Below are positions 20,500-28,783 of a stretch of DNA of 59,006 nucleotides, in pieces; the stretch's first letter is position 1; the number at the start of each line of letters is the position of its first letter. Where the stretch lies: assembly GCA_040758355.1 (NCBI GenBank), contig JBFLWF010000015.1, positions 1 to 59,006 of the forward strand. Reading direction: 5' to 3'. Source of the stretch: Nitrospirota bacterium. Lineage in GTDB: Bacteria; Nitrospirota; Thermodesulfovibrionia; Thermodesulfovibrionales; Dissulfurispiraceae. The notes beneath the pieces are model-generated. The model was not told the DNA's origin. It saw only the letters and a list, made by a program, of their open reading frames with translations, and did not search any database. Made by a program: the position numbers and the translations under genes.

Positions 20500-20635
20500 A
20501 AGGGGCAATGACATCTACTTGGAGCGACTTGGACAGCCCAAGCGTGGCATGGATGCCTAAGCGGGCTGTCTTTGCTTCGGAGAATGGCTGGATGCCATTC
20601 GAGAATGAAGCGGAAAGCAGATGCCATTGCCCCTT
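20500..20635. mobile_element. MITE/REP-like element with 21-bp imperfect terminal inverted repeats and two internal hairpins
   Basis: aaggggcaatgacatctactt / aagcagatgccattgcccctt (19/21); internal gacagccc..gggctgtc and gaatggc..gccattc. Confidence 0.65.
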
Positions 20636-20659
20636 AGAACTATTCAATTTGGAGGTTTT

Positions 20660-21004
20660 ATGAGCGATTGCATTTTTTGCAAGATTATCGATAAGAAGAT
20701 ACCAGCCAGAATAATTTACGAGGACGAACATGCCATTGCCTTTGAGGATGTAAACCCACAAGCCCCTGTTCATACCCTCGTGATTCCGAGGAAGCATATA
20801 CCAACGCTACTCGATATTAAAGAGGAAGACAATAACCTCATTGGACATCTGGTGAAGGTTGCGAATAAGATTGCAAATGACAAGGGCATTGCAGAAAGGG
20901 GGTTCAGAGTTGTGACAAACTGCAATCCTGAAAGCGGGCAGACGGTTTATCACATTCACCTCCACATTCTCGGCGGACGCCAGATGCACTGGCCTCCGGG
21001 ATAG
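20660..21004 (+). CDS. hinT: Histidine triad nucleotide-binding protein (HinT-like)
   Basis: 'DCIFCKI', 'GQTVYHIHLHILGGRQMHWPPG'; GGAGG RBS before ATG 20660. Confidence 0.92.
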   Translation: MSDCIFCKIIDKKIPARIIYEDEHAIAFEDVNPQAPVHTLVIPRKHIPTLLDIKEEDNNLIGHLVKVANKIANDKGIAERGFRVVTNCNPESGQTVYHIHLHILGGRQMHWPPG

Positions 21005-21036
21005 AACAGGTGAAGATGGATTATGGGCATTAAGAA

Positions 21037-21594
21037 ATGGAAATAATTGATAAAAAGACAGTCTGGGAAGGAAGGTTTATCAGATCGATAATCCTCACAT
21101 ATAAAGACCATTCAGGAAATTTGAGGAACTGGGAGGCTGTAGAGAGGGTTAACTGTAACGGCATAATTGCTGTTGTCCCTGTGACAAAAAATGGAGAGCT
21201 TCTTTTGATACGACAGTTCAGGCCTGTTGTGAATAATTTCGTCATAGAGTTCCCTGCAGGTCTAAATGATAAAGGTGAAAGCCTTGTTGATGCGGCAAAA
21301 AGGGAGCTGATAGAGGAGACAGGCTATTCTGCCGATGATTTCATATTTCTCTGCGAAGGGCCCTTGTCATCCGGCCTGTCCACAGAAATATTAAGCGTAT
21401 TCCTGGCAAAAGATGCGATTCCCGCCACAAGTAAATTGAAGCAGCAATATCCTGCTGAAGAGACCGAGAATATCGAGTTAATAAAAACACCCATGTCTGA
21501 ATTGCATGATGCCCTCGAAGCCTTCCGTAAAGGGGGAGATTACATAGACCTGAAGATTTATGGACTCGTGGAGTTAGCTAAAAAGTATTTTTAG
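21037..21594 (+). CDS. NUDIX hydrolase (ADP-ribose pyrophosphatase-like)
   Basis: Nudix box 'EFPAGLNDKGESLVDAAKRELIEETG', 'IRQFRP'. Confidence 0.9.
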   Translation: MEIIDKKTVWEGRFIRSIILTYKDHSGNLRNWEAVERVNCNGIIAVVPVTKNGELLLIRQFRPVVNNFVIEFPAGLNDKGESLVDAAKRELIEETGYSADDFIFLCEGPLSSGLSTEILSVFLAKDAIPATSKLKQQYPAEETENIELIKTPMSELHDALEAFRKGGDYIDLKIYGLVELAKKYF

Positions 21595-21662
21595 CAATCA
21601 GCTGTCAGCAATCAGCATTTAATTAATTCTAAATTTGCTGAAAGCTGACGGCTAATTGCTGA
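21591..21662. repeat. Inverted pair of heptamer arrays between convergent genes (possible bidirectional terminator)
   Basis: ttagcaatcagctgtcagcaatcagca ... tgctgaaagctgacggctaattgctga. Confidence 0.7.
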
Positions 21663-21666
21663 ATGG

Positions 21667-21852
21667 TTACTCAAACTTTATTGCTTCAACAGGACAGATG
21701 CTTGCTGCTTCTTCGCAGTCACATGTATTGCATTTGTCGGGTCCTATAACCCATGCCTTGTCATCCCTGAGCTCAAAGACCTCTGGACATACCTCGACGC
21801 ATGAGCCGCAGCCAATACAAAGATCCATATCAACTACCGGTGTTTTTGCCAT
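21667..21852 (-). CDS. Single-cluster ferredoxin
   Basis: 'CIGCGSCVEVCPEVF...CEEAASICPVEAI'; AGGAGG RBS before ATG 21852. Confidence 0.92.
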   Translation of the reverse strand: MAKTPVVDMDLCIGCGSCVEVCPEVFELRDDKAWVIGPDKCNTCDCEEAASICPVEAIKFE

Positions 21853-22045
21853 AAAAACCTCCTGAAAATTTTTAATTAAGCTATTATAACAAAAATTTCC
21901 CCCCAATATCCTATGATAAAAATCAGTTTTCTGAAAAATTTATTGATTTTGAGGCTTATTTTGAGGATAATTAGAAACAGTATACGAGTGTATGGGTGAA
22001 TGGGTAGATGAGTCCGTTACACATCCACTTGAGAATGGAGGTTTT

Positions 22046-23302
22046 ATGGATATAAAGCAGTTTGTTCTTAATAAGGCAAGGGAAGCCAAAGAAGGTGCGA
22101 GAAGCCTTGCAAAGGCGTCATCAAAACAGAAAAATATTGCACTCATAAAAATGGCAGGGGCTTTAAAGGACAGGGCAGGAGAGCTCATTTCCGAAAACAA
22201 AAAGGATATAGAGTACGCAGAGAAAAAGGGACTCTCAAAAGCACTCATCGACAGATTAACCCTGAATGAAAAACGCATTGATGAAATGTCACAGGGCCTT
22301 GTGGAAGTTGCCCAATTGCCTGACCCTGTGGGTGAGATAACAAGGATGTGGCAGAGGCCCAATGGCATGACCGTGGGCAGGATGAGGGTGCCAATAGGAG
22401 TCATAGGAATAATTTATGAGGCACGTCCCAATGTCACAGCAGATGCAACGAGCCTCTGTTTGAAGGCAGGCAATGCGGTCATATTGAGGGGCGGGTCAGA
22501 GGCCATAAATTCCAACAGGGCTATAGTTAATATATTGAGGGATACTGCAAAGGCAGAAGGCATTCATGAGGGCGCCATTACATTTATCGATATGCCCGAG
22601 AGGGAAGCAGTAATGGAAATGCTGAAGCTCGAAGGAATTATCGACCTCATAATCCCGAGGGGAGGGGAAGGTCTTATCAGAACAGTTACCGAGAATTCGA
22701 GGATACCTGTGCTTAAGCATTACAAGGGGGTTTGCCACGTGTTTGTTGACAGGGATGCTGATTTAATAATGGCAGAAGAGATATGTTTCAATGCAAAGGT
22801 GCAGAGGCCGGGAACCTGCAATGCGATGGAGACAATGCTCGTTGATGAGGCCATTGCCGAGGGGTTTTTGCCAAAGATGCTCAAGAGATTTGAAGAAGCA
22901 GGGGTTGAACTGAGAGGATGTCCGAAGACCATATCCATTTACCCTGATATAAACGAGGTTAAGGAAGGTGATTTCTACAATGAATACCTCGACCTGATTT
23001 TAAACGTCAAGGTTGTCAAGGACATGGAAGATGCAATGGATCATATTGCGAAATACAGTTCTGCCCATTCAGATGCGATTGTTACCATGAACTATGACAG
23101 GGCAATGAGATTTTTAAAAGAGGTGGATTCTTCTGCAGTGCTGGTGAATGCATCTACAAGGCTGAACGACGGGTTCCAGTTTGGCCTCGGCGCAGAGATA
23201 GGAATATCCACGGATAAGATACACGCGAGGGGGCCTATGGGGCTTGAAGAGTTAACCTGTACAAAGTTCATAGTTTTTGGAAGCGGCCAACTAAGAGAGT
23301 GA
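22046..23302 (+). CDS. proA: Gamma-glutamyl phosphate reductase
   Basis: 'PIGVIGIIYEARPNVT', 'RPGTCNAMET', 'VNASTR', 'GAEIGIST.KIHARGPMGL'. Confidence 0.97.
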   Translation: MDIKQFVLNKAREAKEGARSLAKASSKQKNIALIKMAGALKDRAGELISENKKDIEYAEKKGLSKALIDRLTLNEKRIDEMSQGLVEVAQLPDPVGEITRMWQRPNGMTVGRMRVPIGVIGIIYEARPNVTADATSLCLKAGNAVILRGGSEAINSNRAIVNILRDTAKAEGIHEGAITFIDMPEREAVMEMLKLEGIIDLIIPRGGEGLIRTVTENSRIPVLKHYKGVCHVFVDRDADLIMAEEICFNAKVQRPGTCNAMETMLVDEAIAEGFLPKMLKRFEEAGVELRGCPKTISIYPDINEVKEGDFYNEYLDLILNVKVVKDMEDAMDHIAKYSSAHSDAIVTMNYDRAMRFLKEVDSSAVLVNASTRLNDGFQFGLGAEIGISTDKIHARGPMGLEELTCTKFIVFGSGQLRE

Positions 23303-23369
23303 ATGAGTAAATGAGTTAATGGGTGAAAAGACCTCATATACCCATCTACTCATTTACCCATATACATAC
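23297..23369. repeat. Inverted pair of octamer arrays (gagtgaat-like); a related array lies at 21980-22013
   Basis: gagtgaat gagtaaat gagttaat gggtgaaa ... cctcatat acccatct actcattt acccatat. Confidence 0.75.
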
Positions 23370-23387
23370 TTTAAGGAGGAAACTAAT

Positions 23388-23666
23388 ATGTCGGAAAAGT
23401 TGAGCTATGAGGAGTTTGTAAAAAAGGCAATAGTGAGTCTCAGGAAAGAGGGGTATAAAGGCATACACACAGTATATTCAGGATTTAATGATGCGTTCAA
23501 GAAATACTTTGGAGGAGAAGACCCAATAAAGATAACCAACCAGCTTGCTGCAGAGGGGAAGATAGTGATAAGACCAGTTAAGGGTGGGGTAATGCTCTAT
23601 CTTCCTGAAGATGCCCCTGCATCGAGGACAAGGGGAGAAGATGCGCTGGAGAAAATGGGGTTGTAG
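23388..23666 (+). CDS. Hypothetical protein (92 aa), possibly winged-helix
   Basis: Strong AAGGAGGA RBS before ATG 23388; in line between proA and nadD. Confidence 0.7.
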   Translation: MSEKLSYEEFVKKAIVSLRKEGYKGIHTVYSGFNDAFKKYFGGEDPIKITNQLAAEGKIVIRPVKGGVMLYLPEDAPASRTRGEDALEKMGL

Positions 23667-23669
23667 TGT

Positions 23670-24344
23670 GTGCGTTTAGGAATCCTTGGCGGTACATTTA
23701 ATCCTATACATTTTGGCCATTTGAGGGCTGCAGAAGAGGCGAGGGAAAGAGGCAATCTCGATAAGGTTATATTTATGCCTTCCGGGAATCCGCCCCTCAA
23801 GATCGTGGATTTAATAGATGCGTCCCACAGATACGCAATGGCAAGGCTTGCAACAGCCTCAAATGTGAACTTCGTTGTCTCTGATCTGGAAATAAGGCAG
23901 ATAGAAAAGTCCTATACAGTCAATACCATTCAGAGGCTTTGCGAGATTTATCCAGGAGACGAACTCTTTTTTATCTTAGGAATAGACGCCTTTCTTGATA
24001 TTCCTAACTGGTGGCAGCCTGATGTGCTGACAGGCATGGTTGATTTTATACTGGTGACAAGACCTGGATTTGATTTGATGGATGTCTTGAAATCACCTTA
24101 TATTAATAAGGGTCAAGGGTCAAAGGTCAACCCCGTTAGAAGCGACGCTTCTAACGAGGTCAAGGGTCAAGGAGAAGAGATAAGATTGAAGAGCGGAAGA
24201 AAGGCACTTGTTCTCCAGATGACGCCCATGGGAATATCGTCAACAGAGATAAGGAGGCTTTTAAGGGAAGGCAAAAGCATAAAGTACCTTCTGCCGGATA
24301 AGGTCGAAGAATATATATATAAGCATAACCTATATCATCCATAG
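23670..24344 (+). CDS. nadD: Nicotinate-nucleotide adenylyltransferase
   Basis: 'GGTFNPIHFGHL', 'SYTVNT', 'FILGID', 'ISSTEIR'; GTG start. Confidence 0.95.
   Translation: MRLGILGGTFNPIHFGHLRAAEEARERGNLDKVIFMPSGNPPLKIVDLIDASHRYAMARLATASNVNFVVSDLEIRQIEKSYTVNTIQRLCEIYPGDELFFILGIDAFLDIPNWWQPDVLTGMVDFILVTRPGFDLMDVLKSPYINKGQGSKVNPVRSDASNEVKGQGEEIRLKSGRKALVLQMTPMGISSTEIRRLLREGKSIKYLLPDKVEEYIYKHNLYHP
24108..24172. repeat. ggtcaag heptamer array with a nested 31-bp palindrome, in-frame within nadD
   Basis: accccgttagaagcg-a-cgcttctaacgaggt (24130-24160) flanked by ggtcaa repeats. Confidence 0.85.
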
Positions 24345-24385
24345 CCTATTGCCTATTGTTTCACGTATCCTGTATCCTGTATCTT

Positions 24386-25567
24386 ATGGTATCCCTCGAT
24401 GCAGTCGTTAATAATCTTGACGAGGCTATTTTCTTATTCGATAAAAAGGGCAGACTGATTTTCATCAACAAGGCAGGAGAGGAGTTCTTCGGCAGGAGCT
24501 ATAAGGAGATAAAACACAGGCAGTTTAAGGATTTGTTTTTGGATGCAAAGGACGTTGTAATGCTTATCCAGAAGACTATAACAGAGGGTCGTTCATTCAA
24601 CTGCAAGGAAATGGAAGTGGACATAGGCAGGGCTGCCAATATAGACCTCAATCTAACGCCGTTTTATTATGACGATTCTTCTGAAGGTTTTTCTAAAGGG
24701 GGGTCACGCAGGGGGGACGAAAGTCCAACCTGCGCACATGGTGCTATCCTCTGCATCAGGGAGAATCTGTCATTGACCGAAAGGGAGGATTATCAATTCG
24801 ATTCCCTTTTATACCTGCTCGGCTCCATTGCACACGAGATAAAAAACCCGTTGAGCGGCATAAAAGGGGCGGCACAGATATTAAGGGCCAATGCTGAAGA
24901 TTCTAAGAAATTAGAGGCTGAAGAGTGTGTGGATCTGATATTAAAGGAGACGGACAGGCTTAACTCCGTTTTACACAGCTACCTCACCATGACAAGGACG
25001 CCTGTTTTTAACCAGTTGAACATCCATGAGGTTTTGGAGCATGCGCTGAAGGTAATGAAGACATCTATCGAAGAAAAAAGGATTGCTGTAAATAAATCCT
25101 ATGACCCCAGTCTTCCCAATATAGCCGGAGACGAAAGTAAACTACTGCAGGTATTTATAAATCTCCTCAAGAATGCCGCTGAGGCCATGAAGGCATCCAG
25201 GAGCAGGATGTTAAGAATCTCCACAAGGCCTTCCAATGAATATATGGTAATCTATGAAAAGGAAGGTATGAAAAACGGAAGTATCAGGAAGGGGGATTTC
25301 GTAAGGGGGACGAAGTCCCCCTTACGCTGCAAGAAGCAGAGGTGGGTCGTTGTCAGCATAGAGGATACCGGCATAGGCATACCCAAGGATGAGATCAGCA
25401 GGATATTTCTTCCTTTCTATACAAAAAAAGACGGGGGGAGTGGCCTTGGTCTTGCCCTTTCAAAGAAGATAGTGAAGGACCACGGCGGGATTATAAAGGT
25501 CAAGAGCAAAGAGGGTGCCGGAGCAACGTTCAGTATATATCTGCCAATGACAGGCGAAGGTAAATAA
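24386..25567 (+). CDS. PAS sensor histidine kinase, NtrB/GlnL-like
   Basis: PAS N-terminus, 'AHEIKNPLSGIKGAAQIL', 'YDPSLP', 'QVFINLLKNAAEA', 'GSGLGLA'. Confidence 0.85.
   Translation: MVSLDAVVNNLDEAIFLFDKKGRLIFINKAGEEFFGRSYKEIKHRQFKDLFLDAKDVVMLIQKTITEGRSFNCKEMEVDIGRAANIDLNLTPFYYDDSSEGFSKGGSRRGDESPTCAHGAILCIRENLSLTEREDYQFDSLLYLLGSIAHEIKNPLSGIKGAAQILRANAEDSKKLEAEECVDLILKETDRLNSVLHSYLTMTRTPVFNQLNIHEVLEHALKVMKTSIEEKRIAVNKSYDPSLPNIAGDESKLLQVFINLLKNAAEAMKASRSRMLRISTRPSNEYMVIYEKEGMKNGSIRKGDFVRGTKSPLRCKKQRWVVVSIEDTGIGIPKDEISRIFLPFYTKKDGGSGLGLALSKKIVKDHGGIIKVKSKEGAGATFSIYLPMTGEGK
24696..24734. repeat. REP-like hairpin, family A divergent copy, in-frame in kinase
   Basis: aaggggggtca-cgcaggggggac-gaaa-gtccaacctgcg. 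Confidence 0.65.
25289..25326. repeat. REP-like hairpin, family A copy, in-frame in kinase
   Basis: aagggggattt-cgtaagggggac-gaa-gtcccccttacg encoding KGDFVRGTKSPLR. Confidence 0.85.
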
Positions 25568-25570
25568 CCA

Positions 25571-26959
25571 ATGAATAGAAAGATACTGGTCATAGATGAC
25601 GATGAAAGCGTAATCTGGGTTATCAGAAAGGCCCTTGAGCCTCTCGGTTATGAGATAGAGGCAAAGACCAATATACGGTCGGGCGTAAGGGCAATCGATA
25701 AATTCAAGCTCATACTCCTTGACCTAATGCTCCCTGATGGAAGCGGAATGGATGCCCTGAAGGAGATAAGGGTTTTCAATCCCGATGCCCTCGTTGTTAT
25801 GGTCACAGCGCATGGAAGAATGGAGAGCGCCATCGATGCAATGAAGGAAGGGGCATACGACTATCTGGAGAAGCCATTCGACATCGAAGAGCTGAAAATA
25901 ACGGTGGAAAAGGCTTTCAGGGACATAGCCATGAGGGAAGAGCTTTTAAAATTGAGGCAGAACAAGGAAGAAGTGCTGCCTTTTCAGATAATAGGAAAAT
26001 CAAAAGGCATGCTCAAGGTGTTTAAAGAGATAGGCAGGGCTGCACCAAAGGATGTCACTATACTTATTTCCGGCGAGAGCGGAACAGGGAAGGAGCTTGT
26101 TGCCAGGGCAATACATAATAACAGCAGGAGGAAGTTCGGGCCTTTCATTGCCATAAATTCAGCCTCGATCCCGAAGGAGCTTATGGAGGCAGAGTTGTTC
26201 GGCTGGGAAAAGGGTGCATTCACAGGAGCCGTGGGCAAGACAGCAGGAAAGGTACAGGCTGCAGACGGCGGAACAATCTTCCTTGACGAGATCTCCGAGC
26301 TCGATATCGACCTCCAGGCAAAACTGCTCAGATTCCTCCAGGAACAGGAGTACAGTCCCCTCGGAAGCAATAAGATAATAAAGGCCGATGTGAGGATAAT
26401 AGGCGCTACAAATAAAGACCTCATGGAATGCGTAAAGAACAATCTTTTCAGGGAAGATCTATATTACAGGTTTAATGTAATTGAGATAAAGCTGCCTCCG
26501 CTGAGGGAGAGGAAAGAGGACATTTTATCACTTGCACAGCACTTTCTCGCGGAATCCATAAGGACGTTCGAACTTCAGCCAAAGGATTTTTCAAGGGATG
26601 CTGCAAAGGCCCTTGCCGGATACGGCTGGCCGGGTAATGTCAGGGAACTGGAAAATACCATAAAGAGGGCTACCATACTTTCAAAAGGGAGCCTCATCGA
26701 GAGAAGGGATTTGTTCTCCAATGATTACACCCTTTGCTCCATAAAGGAATTTCTGGAAGGCAAGCTCAATGGGTTCCTAAACAAGATGGCAAAGATCGAA
26801 AATTCAAACCTCTACGAGTCTGTGGTATCGGAGGTTGAAAAGGCGCTCTTCAGCATAGTGCTCAAAGAGACAAATGGCAATCAGGTCAGGGCTGCAAAAA
26901 TGCTGGGAATAAACAGGAACACCCTTAGCAAAAAGGTAAAAGAATATAAACTTGTTTGA
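25571..26959 (+). CDS. Sigma54-dependent response regulator, NtrC/GlnG-like
   Basis: REC, 'GESGTGKE', 'GAFTGA', 'WPGNVREL', 'GNQVRAAKMLGINRNTL'. Confidence 0.88.
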   Translation: MNRKILVIDDDESVIWVIRKALEPLGYEIEAKTNIRSGVRAIDKFKLILLDLMLPDGSGMDALKEIRVFNPDALVVMVTAHGRMESAIDAMKEGAYDYLEKPFDIEELKITVEKAFRDIAMREELLKLRQNKEEVLPFQIIGKSKGMLKVFKEIGRAAPKDVTILISGESGTGKELVARAIHNNSRRKFGPFIAINSASIPKELMEAELFGWEKGAFTGAVGKTAGKVQAADGGTIFLDEISELDIDLQAKLLRFLQEQEYSPLGSNKIIKADVRIIGATNKDLMECVKNNLFREDLYYRFNVIEIKLPPLRERKEDILSLAQHFLAESIRTFELQPKDFSRDAAKALAGYGWPGNVRELENTIKRATILSKGSLIERRDLFSNDYTLCSIKEFLEGKLNGFLNKMAKIENSNLYESVVSEVEKALFSIVLKETNGNQVRAAKMLGINRNTLSKKVKEYKLV

Positions 26960-26981
26960 CCAAAAGGATAATAATTTTTAA

Positions 26982-27019
26982 AAGGGGGATTTCGCAAAGG
27001 GGACTTTGTCCCCTTTGCG
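26982..27019. repeat. REP-like hairpin, family A copy downstream of the NtrC-like gene
   Basis: aagggggattt-cgcaaaggggac-ttt-gtcccctttgcg. Confidence 0.85.
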
Positions 27020-27069
27020 GAGTGAACTCATTTGATTTTAAAGCAGTCTATATGTTATAAAATACAGTT

Positions 27070-27118
27070 GTCTCCATGCCCTTTCTTTGCGAAAGGGCTT
27101 TAAATCCATGTGGAGGTG
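27070..27118 (+). promoter_or_regulatory. Probable S6:S18 ribosomal protein leader RNA
   Basis: ctcc..gccctttc-tttgc-gaaagggc...tcca..ggagg: hairpin plus anti-SD pairing with the rpsF RBS. Confidence 0.6.
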
Positions 27119-27121
27119 TTT

Positions 27122-27472
27122 ATGAACATCTATGAGAATGTAGTTATCCTGAACCCGTCCCTCAATGAAGAGGAACTAAAGTCTGCCGTAGATAAAATCA
27201 CAGACCTCATAAAAAATTCAGGCGGAGATGTCCTCAAGGTCGATAACTGGGGAAAGAAGAAACTCGCATACGAGCTCAACAAGCAAAAAATGGGGGTTTA
27301 CTTCCTCTTTTTATTCAAGGCGCCTTCTTCTACAGTGAAGAAGATCGAGGATTACTTTAAGGTCTTCGACCCTGTAGTGAAGTTTATGGTCGTAAAGCTC
27401 GGCAAGAAACAGGTAGCCGCACTTCCTAAAGACATTACAGGGATGCTTGTTGCATCCCATGAGGCGGCTTAA
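27122..27472 (+). CDS. rpsF: 30S ribosomal protein S6
   Basis: 'YENVVILNP', 'WGKKKLAYEL'. Confidence 0.96.
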   Translation: MNIYENVVILNPSLNEEELKSAVDKITDLIKNSGGDVLKVDNWGKKKLAYELNKQKMGVYFLFLFKAPSSTVKKIEDYFKVFDPVVKFMVVKLGKKQVAALPKDITGMLVASHEAA

Positions 27473-27485
27473 GTGGTAGAGACCG

Positions 27486-27887
27486 ATGTTTAACAGGATA
27501 ATATTGATAGGCAATCTGACCAAGGATCCGGACGTAAGGTACACGCCGGGAGGGACACCCGTCACAACCATGAGGCTGGCTGTAACAACCAAGTACAAGC
27601 AAGGCGATGAGATGAAGGACGATACCCTTTTTATAGACGCTGTTGTTTTCGGCAAGCAGGCCGAAAGCTGCGGACAATACTTGAGCAAGGGCAATCCGGT
27701 ACTTGTGGAAGGCAGGCTGCGTGAAAGGAGATGGGAATCCGAAGGAACCCAAAAGAGCAGGTTTGAAGTAATAGCAAATAGCGTGAGATTCCTGCCGAAA
27801 AGGGAATCCCGTCAGGCAGGGGCCGGGGAGTCAGGCACTTCTGACATTGCACCCCCCGATGAGATTACAGACTTAGAGCCATTTTAA
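27486..27887 (+). CDS. ssb: Single-stranded DNA-binding protein
   Basis: 'NRIILIGNLTKDP', 'LVEGRL', acidic tail ending 'DLEPF'. Confidence 0.97.
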   Translation: MFNRIILIGNLTKDPDVRYTPGGTPVTTMRLAVTTKYKQGDEMKDDTLFIDAVVFGKQAESCGQYLSKGNPVLVEGRLRERRWESEGTQKSRFEVIANSVRFLPKRESRQAGAGESGTSDIAPPDEITDLEPF

Positions 27888-27888
27888 A

Positions 27889-27955
27889 ATAAGTAATTAA
27901 GTCATTGAGTAATTGAGTTATTGATGTCTTGTTAACTTAATAACTTAATGACTAA
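27889..27955. repeat. Inverted pair of octamer arrays (agtaattg-like)
   Basis: aagtaattaagtcattgagtaattgagttattga ... ttaacttaataacttaatgactaa. Confidence 0.7.
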
Positions 27956-27973
27956 AACGGAAGGGAGATAAAT

Positions 27974-28198
27974 ATGCAGCAGAAGAGATTTCAGAGGAGA
28001 AAGTTCTGCAGGTTCTGTGCTGATAAGGTGTCGTTCATAGATTACAAGGATTTGAAAACCCTTAAGAGCTATATGACAGAGCGCGGCAAGATACTTTCGA
28101 GGAAGATGACAGGCACATGCTCTGACCATCAGAGGGAGTTGACGGGTGCAATAAAAAGGGCAAGAACCATAGCCCTTCTTCCGTTTATGGAAAGATAG
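27974..28198 (+). CDS. rpsR: 30S ribosomal protein S18 (Zn-binding C+ form)
   Basis: 'KFCRFC', 'IDYKD', 'ERGKI', 'TGTCSDHQR', 'ALLPF'. Confidence 0.97.
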   Translation: MQQKRFQRRKFCRFCADKVSFIDYKDLKTLKSYMTERGKILSRKMTGTCSDHQRELTGAIKRARTIALLPFMER

Positions 28199-28199
28199 T

Positions 28200-28481
28200 A
28201 TGCGCATACCTAAGAGCTGGGTGCCGTCCATGGCAAGGCGGATTGTAGATAACCTTATAAAAAAGGAGCTCATCGAGCCGGCCATTTCTGTGAATACCCT
28301 TATAGAGGAAACAGAAAAGCTCCTTATGGACGAGCTCATGGTTGAGGACAGGCTCAATGAAGAGGTGCGCCATCTGCTCAGGAAATACGAGTCCGATATA
28401 GAAAAGGGAAGGCTTGACTACAGGAAGCTCTTTGACATGACAAAGCAGAAACTGGTGAAAGAGAGAAGTATCGTATTATGA
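28200..28481 (+). CDS. DUF507 family protein
   Basis: 'MRIPK...EDRLNEEVR..L...DYRKLF...K.KL.KER..VL'. Confidence 0.8.
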   Translation: MRIPKSWVPSMARRIVDNLIKKELIEPAISVNTLIEETEKLLMDELMVEDRLNEEVRHLLRKYESDIEKGRLDYRKLFDMTKQKLVKERSIVL

Positions 28482-28756
28482 TGCTTTCCAATGATAAAAT
28501 AACCCATATGACCCATGTTGTGCTCAAGGGCTTGATGGATAAGGGCCTGATAACCTTGAAAGAAGACGACGGCCTGCTCAGAAGAGAAATAAAACGGACC
28601 ATCATGGGAGAACTAAAGATAGGCGAAGATATTGATGAGGCAGTGAGAAGAAAGCTCCAGTCTTTCTCGAAGAAGCTCGTGGAAGGTAGCCCTGAATGGG
28701 AAGTCCTTTACAAAAAGTATTACGAAGAAGAGGAAGTAAAGAGAGGAAGAAGATAA
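28478..28756 (+). CDS. DUF507 family protein (second paralog)
   Basis: 'MLSNDKITH', 'IDEAVRRKL.S', 'EGSPEWEVLY.KYYEEE'. Confidence 0.8.
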   Translation: MMLSNDKITHMTHVVLKGLMDKGLITLKEDDGLLRREIKRTIMGELKIGEDIDEAVRRKLQSFSKKLVEGSPEWEVLYKKYYEEEEVKRGRR

Positions 28757-28783
28757 ACACTGGAGTAATGGAGCATTGGAGTA

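Noticed and set aside
20466..20797. ORFs 20466-20663 (+) and 20471-20797 (-)
   Set aside because: They are read-throughs of the palindromic element or antisense to hinT
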